Of a stretch of DNA of 25,874 bases, positions 18,638-25,874 are shown in pieces. The stretch lies in IMG/VR virus record IMGVR_UViG_3300032250_000124, positions 1 to 25,874 of that record; one strand, written 5' to 3'. Made by a program: the position numbers and the translations under genes. A model generated the notes under the pieces. It made no database searches, had not been told where the DNA came from, and saw nothing but the letters and a program-made list of their open reading frames with translations. Origin of the DNA: a virus. Taxonomy: Duplodnaviria; Caudoviricetes. How positions within the stretch are numbered: position 1 is the first letter of the stretch; each line of letters opens with the position of its first letter.

Positions 18638-19270
18638 TTAAGTATACAGGGTATTTATAGGTAAAGCAACACCAATAGATTCTTTTTTAACATTATTATA
18701 TTGCCATTCTGTGGGCATGACCCAACCTTCTGTATTGATAATATTAAATTGAATGTGCGGGAATAGAGAAAAGATTTTACCAATTTGATATATCCAATAA
18801 CTAGGATCAACTGCATTAGAGTTTGGATGAGAGTAGTTATTGGTTCCTTTATAAACATTGTTTACAAGGTCTTGCCTTCCGTATAAGTCAAAGCCAACAA
18901 GTGATACTGTTGATAAATTTAATTGCGCAGCAATTAGTACAGCATATGGACCAGATCCCCAATGCACAGGTTTGTCGGGCCGAAGATCTCCTCGATAGGG
19001 TAGCTCTGGTAAAAGTTTTACATTTTTGTGTTTTTCTATTTTTCTAAAATAGTGATGCCATCCATCTCGAACATGAATGGTTGTATTGACTGTTGCAGGA
19101 TTCTCTAATGCTTCTCTAACCATTCTATGATCACAACAGACAAGATGATCGACGACAATGTCTCTATGTAGAGCATTGCACCCTACTAGCACATGACTAT
19201 CTTTAAAGGAGTCTAGATTAACTCTGCTACGACTCTCGCCGTTGCCTATAACAAGGGCTTGTTCGCCCAT
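18638..19270 (-). CDS. DUF115/Maf/MptE-like (sialyltransferase-like Rossmann fold) protein
   Basis: LVIGNGESR, VGCNAL, DHLVCCD, WGSGPYAVLIAA, LVGFDLY: the GNGxS ... CN ... SG..A ... GFD pattern of this superfamily. Exact activity unknown. Confidence 0.6.
   Translation of the reverse strand: MGEQALVIGNGESRSRVNLDSFKDSHVLVGCNALHRDIVVDHLVCCDHRMVREALENPATVNTTIHVRDGWHHYFRKIEKHKNVKLLPELPYRGDLRPDKPVHWGSGPYAVLIAAQLNLSTVSLVGFDLYGRQDLVNNVYKGTNNYSHPNSNAVDPSYWIYQIGKIFSLFPHIQFNIINTEGWVMPTEWQYNNVKKESIGVALPINTLYT
18641..18669 (-). promoter_or_regulatory. Nested promoters for queD: sigma70-like plus exact T4 late consensus
   Basis: TTGCTT (18669-18664), 17 nt, TATACT (18646-18641); TATAAATA (18659-18652) within the spacer. 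Confidence 0.65.
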
Positions 19271-19273
19271 TGC

Positions 19274-20149
19274 TTAACCTCTTTCTTTGATCTCGCCGAA
19301 TGGATACCAAGCACCTGGGCTTCCGGCTCGGAGGCAAACCCAGCCTACACCTGTTCCTACTCTAGCAGCGGTATTCCAAATAATGTCACCTACTGAATAT
19401 GTGCCTTCTTGTGGCGGAGCAGATGCATACATATGAATATGTCCGCCGAAACGAACAGCACCTGCTACATGTAGGTCAACCGCAGGATCAGGATTTTCAA
19501 CACCGATACTTAGTTTTCCGTTAATCTTAACTTGAATAGGATTTCTATTGGGATTTCCTAGTTCAATATTACCATTGGCTTTAACTGAAATTCTAGTTGT
19601 ATTGTCAGTGACGATGTCAAAATCTGTGCTGGCAAATGTACCGACCATTCCGTGGAATGCATCGTTGGTGCCCAACATAACTTCAATGGCATTTTCTGCA
19701 ACGCTAAAAGCAGCGTTAGGCGCATCAGTACCTAACCCTAATCTATCTGTAGTGCCATTATAAATTAGATATTGATTGATGTTTAATGAACCGTCAACAA
19801 TCAACCCCTTAAGACGCCCAACAGTTTGTAAATTACTCTTAGTCACAGATGTGCCAAGCTCTTTACCAGATAGTACAACAGTACCGCCGATAGAAAGATG
19901 TCTGTCTTTGTCTAGATCAATGCTTTCTGAAGAGAAGAATCTATCTGGATTTCCGTTGAATACAAATTGTTTAGTATAACCTTTACCGCTCCAGATAATG
20001 CCCTTGCCAAAGTTTTCCTCACCTTTGCGGGCACGGAATTCTAAGAATTGTGTTATTTCTTGGGCTACGGGCTGGTGGGCAGCATCAACAAGATCCTTAA
20101 GGACTTTGCTTAGGTCTGTTAGAGTTTGATCGATATTGGTATTGTTCAT
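19274..20149 (-). CDS. Probable virion structural/fibre-related protein
   Basis: VTKSNLQTVGRL, RLGLGTDAP, LSIGVENP...LHVAG fibre-type motifs and C-terminal GTYSVGDIIWN...GWVC...PGAW module. Start placed at ATG 20149 (ORF track uses 20164) because TAAATA lies at 20155-20160. Confidence 0.65.
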   Translation of the reverse strand: MNNTNIDQTLTDLSKVLKDLVDAAHQPVAQEITQFLEFRARKGEENFGKGIIWSGKGYTKQFVFNGNPDRFFSSESIDLDKDRHLSIGGTVVLSGKELGTSVTKSNLQTVGRLKGLIVDGSLNINQYLIYNGTTDRLGLGTDAPNAAFSVAENAIEVMLGTNDAFHGMVGTFASTDFDIVTDNTTRISVKANGNIELGNPNRNPIQVKINGKLSIGVENPDPAVDLHVAGAVRFGGHIHMYASAPPQEGTYSVGDIIWNTAARVGTGVGWVCLRAGSPGAWYPFGEIKERG

Positions 20150-20179
20150 ACCAGTATTTATCAAACTCCAATCTAAACA

Positions 20180-21346
20180 TTAGGCAATTTTCAGCAGGAT
20201 TATGTCTTCGTTAATGCGCCCGTTCATGCGGGTATCAACAGCATTAATGTCCTCAAGGAACTTGCGTAGCACTACTTTTCCTGCATCTTTAAATGCTTTG
20301 ATTTGTTCTGCAGGTTTGCGTAGAGTTTTTTGTACAGATTTAGATTCGTTAAATCCTGTAATTGTTGTGCCTTTAATGCCTAGTTCACGGAACTCGTCGG
20401 CAATATACTTGCCTAACTTGCGGCTCTTTGTGTTGTAAGTCCACAATTCTTTAGCACCTAGAATATCTGCAGGATTAATAGACACCAATTTCAAAGGCTC
20501 GTCTGCTTTCTTGTACTTGAGTTTGGCCACGATCTTCTCAGCAGGTACAGCCTTTTTAGCTTTGGGCTTGCGATTAACTTTGGCTTCTTGTGCTAGCATT
20601 TCGCAGGCACTGACAATTTCTTGATAGAATGCTGTAATTTTACGCAGTTGCACCTTGCTCAAATGGCTGTAGGCTTCTTTGAGTTGTTCGTCTTTGGTAG
20701 TGGCAGCTTCTATTAATTCATCTAAATCTCTAGCGTAGAAATCTTTGATAATACGGGCATGAGCTGCTTTGGCTTGATGTGCTTTCAGCAAATTAAGAAC
20801 TTTAAATGCTTTAGGGTCAAAAGTTTCTGGGTCTGTCTGAAACGCCTCAATAGCAGTTTCAATTTCTTCAGTCATTTTATAAGACGATTCACGTACTCGA
20901 TCTTGAATACTAACAACAGGACCTACAGGTTTAACTTCAACTTCCTCTGAATCGTCGACGTCGTCTTTACCTTCTGCTACAATTTTAGCGATAGACTGAC
21001 CCAACCAAGCCGCAGAACTGCGACCTTCGTTAAAGTCTGCACGAACAGCAGGCATACCTTTTAGCAAGCAGGCGGCAATTGCACCTACAGTTGTACCACA
21101 TCGATTATCTTTGGTCTTTTTAAACTCAGCAATTTGCTCTTTGGTGTAGCCGTTTTGACTCATCCAGTTAATGACTTTAGGCTTGAGTTCTTTCCCACCA
21201 GACTCTAGACGATACCACTGCATAGCAGAATGGAAATGACGCAAGAACTGATTAGTATCCCAAGTTTCATGACCGTCCCATTTTGGACTAAAATCTTTAC
21301 CTTTGGCTGCACGAGCGTCTGCCAGATGTTTTGCCTTAGTTGCCAT
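20180..21346 (-). CDS. Hypothetical protein (Lys-rich, helical; probably early-expressed)
   Basis: Long ORF; start placed at ATG 21346 (MATKAKH) after AGGAG at 21354-21358; preceded by a consensus sigma70 promoter. Function not recognised. Confidence 0.8.
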   Translation of the reverse strand: MATKAKHLADARAAKGKDFSPKWDGHETWDTNQFLRHFHSAMQWYRLESGGKELKPKVINWMSQNGYTKEQIAEFKKTKDNRCGTTVGAIAACLLKGMPAVRADFNEGRSSAAWLGQSIAKIVAEGKDDVDDSEEVEVKPVGPVVSIQDRVRESSYKMTEEIETAIEAFQTDPETFDPKAFKVLNLLKAHQAKAAHARIIKDFYARDLDELIEAATTKDEQLKEAYSHLSKVQLRKITAFYQEIVSACEMLAQEAKVNRKPKAKKAVPAEKIVAKLKYKKADEPLKLVSINPADILGAKELWTYNTKSRKLGKYIADEFRELGIKGTTITGFNESKSVQKTLRKPAEQIKAFKDAGKVVLRKFLEDINAVDTRMNGRINEDIILLKIA

Positions 21347-21377
21347 TACCGCACTCCTATTAATTAACAATACTTAT

Positions 21378-21406
21378 ATTATAGCATCGTTTTGACTAGT
21401 TGTCAA
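21378..21406 (-). promoter_or_regulatory. Consensus sigma70 promoter
   Basis: TTGACA (21406-21401), 17 nt, TATAAT (21383-21378), with extended -10 TG. Confidence 0.9.
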
Positions 21407-21602
21407 GTGGGTCATTTTGAAAAGTTTTAACAGGAACTGAATCTCCGTCTTCGTTTTCTTGGTAGACGGTAGACGATATATACCCGTCATTTAAACTAGA
21501 TTTGGCTATTTCAAATGCTTCTTTTTGACTAGCAGTTGTATCTAATAATTCATTATGGCCGTCTTCGTCCTCGGCCCAAACTTCGTATAACATGTATGTC
21601 AT
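21396..21602 (-). CDS. Small acidic hypothetical protein
   Basis: 68-aa ORF in operon orientation, GGAGG upstream. Confidence 0.7.
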   Translation of the reverse strand: MTYMLYEVWAEDEDGHNELLDTTASQKEAFEIAKSSLNDGYISSTVYQENEDGDSVPVKTFQNDPLDN

Positions 21603-21623
21603 ATTGGTTGCTCTCTAACCTCC

Positions 21624-22160
21624 TTACTGGTTTTCGTTTTCGTCTAAAACAATCCAACCCAATCGTTTTAGATCAATTTCAATTTCTTCAGTGACACATC
21701 CTTCGGAAACATGTCCGCCTGGATACTTTACGTCCACATCATCTTGATATCCGTCGTTTCGAATTCCCGAACAGTACCAATCAATGTAATCACCTTTTTG
21801 TTGCATGTCGGCAATTATACCGCCGGCGTATCGCCAACTGCAACTCCAAGTTTGTCCCTTTAGGATAGGAATGACATCCAATTTTTGGAAATCACGATTA
21901 CACATGGCCGCATAAAGATTTTGGGCATAGATGTCGTTGGCTCGAACTTTTTCCAAAATCCAATCAGTGGTTAACAGATCGTACTCCATACTGTTTTTGC
22001 GTGATTCAAGATCGTCAAACTTGTGATTGTGTTGTGTAGCCATATCGTCGTACATTTTAAGATAGTCTTCGTTCAAGGGTTCACCTTTTTCAAGTTGACG
22101 CTTGACATAGCCCTCTTTTTGAAAAGTCATACGATCAGGGCTTTTTGAAATCTTTAACAT
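21624..22160 (-). CDS. Hypothetical phage protein
   Basis: 178-aa ORF; YAQNLYAAMCN, WSCSWRYAGGIIAD, DYIDWYCSG, EGCVTEEI..DL..LGW look like a conserved domain; function unknown. Confidence 0.8.
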   Translation of the reverse strand: MLKISKSPDRMTFQKEGYVKRQLEKGEPLNEDYLKMYDDMATQHNHKFDDLESRKNSMEYDLLTTDWILEKVRANDIYAQNLYAAMCNRDFQKLDVIPILKGQTWSCSWRYAGGIIADMQQKGDYIDWYCSGIRNDGYQDDVDVKYPGGHVSEGCVTEEIEIDLKRLGWIVLDENENQ

Positions 22161-22464
22161 CCTGTACTGCTTTCTTTAGTGTTTCTGCGTAGTTAAAAGC
22201 CTGTTGTTCAGACATGATAAGAACAGATTCACGTTCAACATATCCTTTGGTTAACAATGTCCACATAATCTTCCAACGATTTGATTGCCACCATTTTGTT
22301 TTTTGTTGGGTATAAATTGTCACAGTAATTCCGTGATCCTCTGCTTCTACCCAAACATCGTGAGAGTGATCACAGTCTCCGCATTCGCAGACAATTTGAT
22401 AGATCTTGGCATCGCCATAATCTTTTCGAAGTAGAATTCCCTCAGCGGGTTGTTGCAGTTTCAT
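22135..22464 (-). CDS. Hypothetical protein with CxCxxCxH motif
   Basis: VCECGDCDHSH, possibly metal-binding; start probably the ATG at 22464 (ORF track gives 22491). Confidence 0.7.
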   Translation of the reverse strand: MKLQQPAEGILLRKDYGDAKIYQIVCECGDCDHSHDVWVEAEDHGITVTIYTQQKTKWWQSNRWKIMWTLLTKGYVERESVLIMSEQQAFNYAETLKKAVQDVKDFKKP

Positions 22465-22621
22465 TTTTATCTCGTTGATGTTTGTATTCACGTTTAAGCC
22501 AATATTTATACCGTTCCCAGTACTGCTTTATTGTAGCAGGTTCCTCGCCATAGAGTAATCGCTCTTCACGATTCTCCATCCATAGCTCATTAACCCAATG
22601 TCTAAAGTTTGACTGTTTCAT
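22442..22621 (-). CDS. Small aromatic-rich hypothetical protein
   Basis: ATG at 22621 overlaps the upstream TGA (ATGA coupling); FRHWVNELWMEN...QYWERYKYWLKREY. Confidence 0.7.
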   Translation of the reverse strand: MKQSNFRHWVNELWMENREERLLYGEEPATIKQYWERYKYWLKREYKHQRDKNETATTR

Positions 22622-23442
22622 GTCCATAGGCTTTCGCGAATTTTAATAAGACGAATCATCATTTGTTCTTCTTCTTTGGCGTAGGCTGCTTCAATCTTAC
22701 GAAGTTCTTTGTGTGCAGCATTGCTGGCCTTTTTAAGAGCAGGGCTATCTTTTCCTCCAAAGCTCAAACGTCCGCCGTTTGCCATACGACTCATTTCACA
22801 GTAAGCAGTCCATCCACTAGCATCATACGGGTCTGGACGATTACGGTATGTGGTAGTCCACCAAGTATAAAGCTCAATGATTTCTTTAGCAGCTTTTGCT
22901 TGGTAGGTAGGTTCTTCTTTTTCGCCTTCTTCAATAAACTCTTTGTTAGTCAGGGTAGTAGCCCATCGCAGATATTCAAGACCAGCTTCTGGACAACGCC
23001 AAGTACGCCAACGCAACCAACCTTTGCGATACCATGGCACATCAAACTTGGTCTTGGCTTCATCGCTCCACATACAGTGATGCCAGGCTTGTTCTACTTC
23101 AACAAAGTCTTGAAGCTCATTAAATAGGCATGGAAGGAATCGATTCCCAACATCGCACCAAGAGCCAGGACGAATATCACGAGGGTGAGCAGTAAGGCTA
23201 TGACTGCGACTAATCCAGCGATTATTAATATAATATCGAACATCATTTAGTTTATCCGGAATATAATAGACAATCTTTTGGGCATGATCTAAACCTTCTT
23301 CAGCAATCCACCAACGAACAGGATGTGCAGCCTTGGCCTTATCTTCCCAGTCGTTCCATTCTTCGCTGGTGCCACACTTGAGCTTGGGTGTGCCACGCAA
23401 CCAATCTGCAAATTTTCCAATTGTCCAATAATGACTACGCAT
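22618..23442 (-). CDS. Trp-rich hypothetical phage protein
   Basis: 274-aa ORF, AAGGA RBS, first gene after a consensus sigma70 promoter. Confidence 0.8.
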   Translation of the reverse strand: MRSHYWTIGKFADWLRGTPKLKCGTSEEWNDWEDKAKAAHPVRWWIAEEGLDHAQKIVYYIPDKLNDVRYYINNRWISRSHSLTAHPRDIRPGSWCDVGNRFLPCLFNELQDFVEVEQAWHHCMWSDEAKTKFDVPWYRKGWLRWRTWRCPEAGLEYLRWATTLTNKEFIEEGEKEEPTYQAKAAKEIIELYTWWTTTYRNRPDPYDASGWTAYCEMSRMANGGRLSFGGKDSPALKKASNAAHKELRKIEAAYAKEEEQMMIRLIKIRESLWT

Positions 23443-23477
23443 TTCTATTCCTTAAGATTGTCCTGTCGAACACTTTA

Positions 23478-23506
23478 ATTATACAATCTTTTAGAAAACC
23501 TGTCAA
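23478..23506 (-). promoter_or_regulatory. Consensus sigma70 promoter
   Basis: TTGACA (23506-23501), 17 nt, TATAAT (23483-23478), intergenic. Confidence 0.9.
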
Positions 23507-23523
23507 TAAGAATCTTTTTTGAC

Positions 23524-23907
23524 TCAAATTTTTCTTTGGTAGCCTGCCAAATTAAGCATGATTGAATACTGTTCGTAGGCTTTTTGGACAGCGGCATTAG
23601 ATTGACGATACCAACTTTCCTCACGCTCCTTTTCCATAAGCATGGAAAACATATCGGCATCGCTATAACCGTGGGTGTGATTGCCAAAGAATCTCTGCTC
23701 CATTTCTATTAGAGCTCGAAAGCGGCTTTCGGGTATTTGAACTGTAAAGACTTTTTCTGTTTCATATTCTACAAAGTCCCTGCTTACAACGTCTGCTCGC
23801 AGGGGATCTGTAAAATACCTAGGAGGGTGATATCTGGCCCTACGTTTTTGATCATCTACGATTTGTACTTCGTAGTTTTTGCAAAACTGATCAATTTTTT
23901 CTTTCAT
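23524..23907 (-). CDS. Hypothetical protein
   Basis: 127-aa ORF coupled to thyX by ATGA overlap; C-terminal AVQKAYEQY motif. Confidence 0.8.
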   Translation of the reverse strand: MKEKIDQFCKNYEVQIVDDQKRRARYHPPRYFTDPLRADVVSRDFVEYETEKVFTVQIPESRFRALIEMEQRFFGNHTHGYSDADMFSMLMEKEREESWYRQSNAAVQKAYEQYSIMLNLAGYQRKI

Positions 23908-24569
23908 TGTACTAGACTTTCTGCTAGGGGAAATATCTCAGCAATAACTTTAGCACAGGCACGAGCGACTTCTTGGTGTTCTAGCTGTGTTCCGTTTGCC
24001 GAACGAAGCTCAATAAAGTGTACCCAAGAACGTAGTGTGCCGTTCATGTATAGTCGACTTTCTGTGAGGCCTTCTGGTAAGACTGCACGAGCCTGCTCCT
24101 TGGCTATGCCGTTAGCGATAGCCCATTCGTATTCTCTCTTGGCAGCATAAATGACTCGCTGTTGAGCTCTAAACCATTCGTTCTGTAAGTCTGTATCATC
24201 AACTTGGACACTATTCTGTCTGTTCTTTGGGTCTTGGAGTCTTGCTTCTCTTGTGACGAAGTTAAGATCTTTAGTAGGGTCCGCATATCGCTGACTAAAT
24301 TCTTGAAAGCTAAAGCTTCTATGCCTGAGGATTTGTCGGGCAATGTCTCGGGTAGTGGTAATTTCAATACAGGCTGAGACCATTTCGAGTGGCGACCAGT
24401 GTTGATGTTTGACCAAATACCGGATGAGTTTCTCACTTGTCTCTGTATTAAACTGATTGCTGGGATTGGACACACGGGCGCAATAGGCAATAAGTTCCTG
24501 TGCATCAGCGATTCCGGCGTCTCTAAATTCGCCTGTTGGTTGACTATATGATAAAAGTTTAACATTCAT
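23904..24569 (-). CDS. thyX: FAD-dependent thymidylate synthase ThyX
   Basis: AYCARVS, HWSPLE, RQILRHRSFSFQEFSQRY (ThyX motif), EQARAVLP, Q.EH..VA. Confidence 0.97.
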   Translation of the reverse strand: MNVKLLSYSQPTGEFRDAGIADAQELIAYCARVSNPSNQFNTETSEKLIRYLVKHQHWSPLEMVSACIEITTTRDIARQILRHRSFSFQEFSQRYADPTKDLNFVTREARLQDPKNRQNSVQVDDTDLQNEWFRAQQRVIYAAKREYEWAIANGIAKEQARAVLPEGLTESRLYMNGTLRSWVHFIELRSANGTQLEHQEVARACAKVIAEIFPLAESLVQ

Positions 24570-24581
24570 GTTTATTTACTA

Positions 24582-25130
24582 CTAGGTTAGTATATCGAAA
24601 TTTACAACACAGCGTGGTCCTGTTTTAGGAATACCTCCGCCATGATATATTTCTCCATCAAACACAACCACTCGGCCACGTTTAGGAGAAACTGATTGAA
24701 CTATATTGTTATCGTTGTCAAAGAACACAGTGTCTCCATCTGCATCATTAACATAGTACAACACTACAGTATGTTTAAAAGGAAAGTCTTGATGTGCTGC
24801 GTAGTGTTTTAATTTTGTTTTATAAGGTAGTATAAGATAAATCCTAGCTACCATTATTTCTTTTAACATTAAACCTAGATCTTGACAGACCAATTGAGGA
24901 ATTAATGCAAAATTATCTAGATGATCCGAACGTTGTGAACTGGATTTTAGTACATGGACAAGCGAAAGGGGATTAATGCCTTCTTCGTTAGCAGTTGATT
25001 CATACTTACATCGCAGATCAACCGTAGGATGCATGACTTCATCTTCTACCGTTGTTCTTCCTAAAATGCTCAATTCGTAGTAATCTTGCAGATGTTTAGG
25101 AATTAGATCGTCGTAGATTTTAATATTCAC
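24582..25130 (-). CDS. 2OG-Fe(II) oxygenase superfamily protein
   Basis: AHQD (HxD), VLYYVNDADGDTVFF, VSPKRGRVVVFDGEIYHGG (distal His), RCVVNF (2OG-binding Arg). Confidence 0.85.
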   Translation of the reverse strand: MNIKIYDDLIPKHLQDYYELSILGRTTVEDEVMHPTVDLRCKYESTANEEGINPLSLVHVLKSSSQRSDHLDNFALIPQLVCQDLGLMLKEIMVARIYLILPYKTKLKHYAAHQDFPFKHTVVLYYVNDADGDTVFFDNDNNIVQSVSPKRGRVVVFDGEIYHGGGIPKTGPRCVVNFDILT

Positions 25131-25645
25131 TGCTCGGGTTCTTCAATTGGTTCATCGAAGCAAAGACTTTCCATAGTCTTGTAATGTTCGTAGGCTTTTT
25201 TAAGTGCTTCGAACTTTTCAAGTTTTGCAGGATCGGGTACAAGTATGGCCAACCTTTGTTCCATTTTCTTCATAAACTCTTTTAGACTCTTACCATCAAT
25301 CTTGATGTCGGTACCAGCAGCCATGTCAATACCATTATTTCCGATATTAACAGTGGGGGTAGGATTATTCCAGTTATTGCCATTTGTACCTACAGTATAA
25401 TACTGTCCACTAGTTCCCGTAGTCCATTGACTCGGAGCAGGATTAATACCGCTAATTGTTGTGATACCGCCTACTGTTGCTCCTGAAGAATAGGAATATC
25501 CTGTTGAAGGTAAAGTAATAGTAGTACCCCCACCAGTAAGAGTAATTGTATCTAAGGTATCAGTCATGGTGCTTGCCTGAGCGGCACCATAACTGCTTAG
25601 ATCAATTTCAATATCATCAAATGTGATACTGTCCTTGTCGCTCAT
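25127..25645 (-). CDS. Hypothetical protein (T/G-rich N-terminus, helical C-terminus)
   Basis: 172-aa ORF coupled to the next gene by GTGA overlap region; C-terminal ALKKAYEHY motif. Confidence 0.75.
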   Translation of the reverse strand: MSDKDSITFDDIEIDLSSYGAAQASTMTDTLDTITLTGGGTTITLPSTGYSYSSGATVGGITTISGINPAPSQWTTGTSGQYYTVGTNGNNWNNPTPTVNIGNNGIDMAAGTDIKIDGKSLKEFMKKMEQRLAILVPDPAKLEKFEALKKAYEHYKTMESLCFDEPIEEPEQ

Positions 25646-25647
25646 GA

Positions 25648-25836
25648 TTAGGCCTTGGCTTCTTTACGAGCGTTCTTTTCTGCTGTAATTTCGTTGCGGC
25701 GAGCCTTAACACCTTTAGCAACTTCTTGAAGTGCTTTGCGAGCACGGGTTCCTGCTGCACCGTTGCCTGCTGTGAACTTTGCGTCCTCAGCTAAGAATGT
25801 TTCAAAGTCTGCTTTTAATTGATCTACTGTTGACAT
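25648..25836 (-). CDS. Histone H1-like protein, Hc1 family
   Basis: GNGAAGTRARKALQEVAK..K..R matches the GNKAAG.RAR core of Hc1-family proteins; AAGGA RBS at 25846-25850. Confidence 0.8.
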   Translation of the reverse strand: MSTVDQLKADFETFLAEDAKFTAGNGAAGTRARKALQEVAKGVKARRNEITAEKNARKEAKA

Positions 25837-25874
25837 AATATTTTTTCCTTATAGTTATGTTCTAATACTTATAA

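Noticed and set aside
12798-21614. Identical 10-mer AGAGCAACCA (minus strand) in two gene leaders (12798-12807 and 21605-21614)
   Set aside because: Only two copies, at different distances from the ATG and before unrelated genes; compatible with chance.
23475-23687. 70-aa minus-strand ORF and plus-strand ORFs 22663-23127 and 23737-24150
   Set aside because: They overlap better-supported genes or a consensus promoter and have no independent support.
1-25874. Stop-codon reassignment, as seen in some large phages
   Set aside because: Recognisable genes are full length in the standard code, coding density is high, and TAA, TAG and TGA all end genes at sensible positions.

Overview
A densely coding, almost entirely minus-strand segment that reads as part of a large tailed phage genome (myovirus-like, probably infecting a proteobacterium; the host is inferred from the IscU/IscA/KdsA sequences). 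The left half (1-12.8 kb) is a virion-structure block. It has three fibre/baseplate-type genes starting with a T4 gp9/gp10-like N-terminal motif, including a 2446-aa mosaic beta-helix protein with a C-terminal autocleaving-chaperone-like domain, plus a subtilisin (S8) protease with a ~335-aa insertion. The right half holds host-like auxiliary genes: iscA, iscU, Fe/Mn SOD, UV endonuclease uvsE, a glycosyltransferase, kdsA, a divergent queD, a DUF115/Maf-like protein, thyX, a 2OG-Fe(II) oxygenase, an Hc1 histone-like protein and several hypotheticals. Two promoter classes are visible: near-perfect sigma70 promoters and a recurring TAAATA (T4 late-like) element, often only 3-5 nt before the ATG. 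The most interesting non-coding signal is a preQ1-I-riboswitch-like RNA between a sigma70/late double promoter and queD. No tRNA, rRNA, CRISPR array or mobile element was seen. All calls come from motif recognition by eye; no searches were run.
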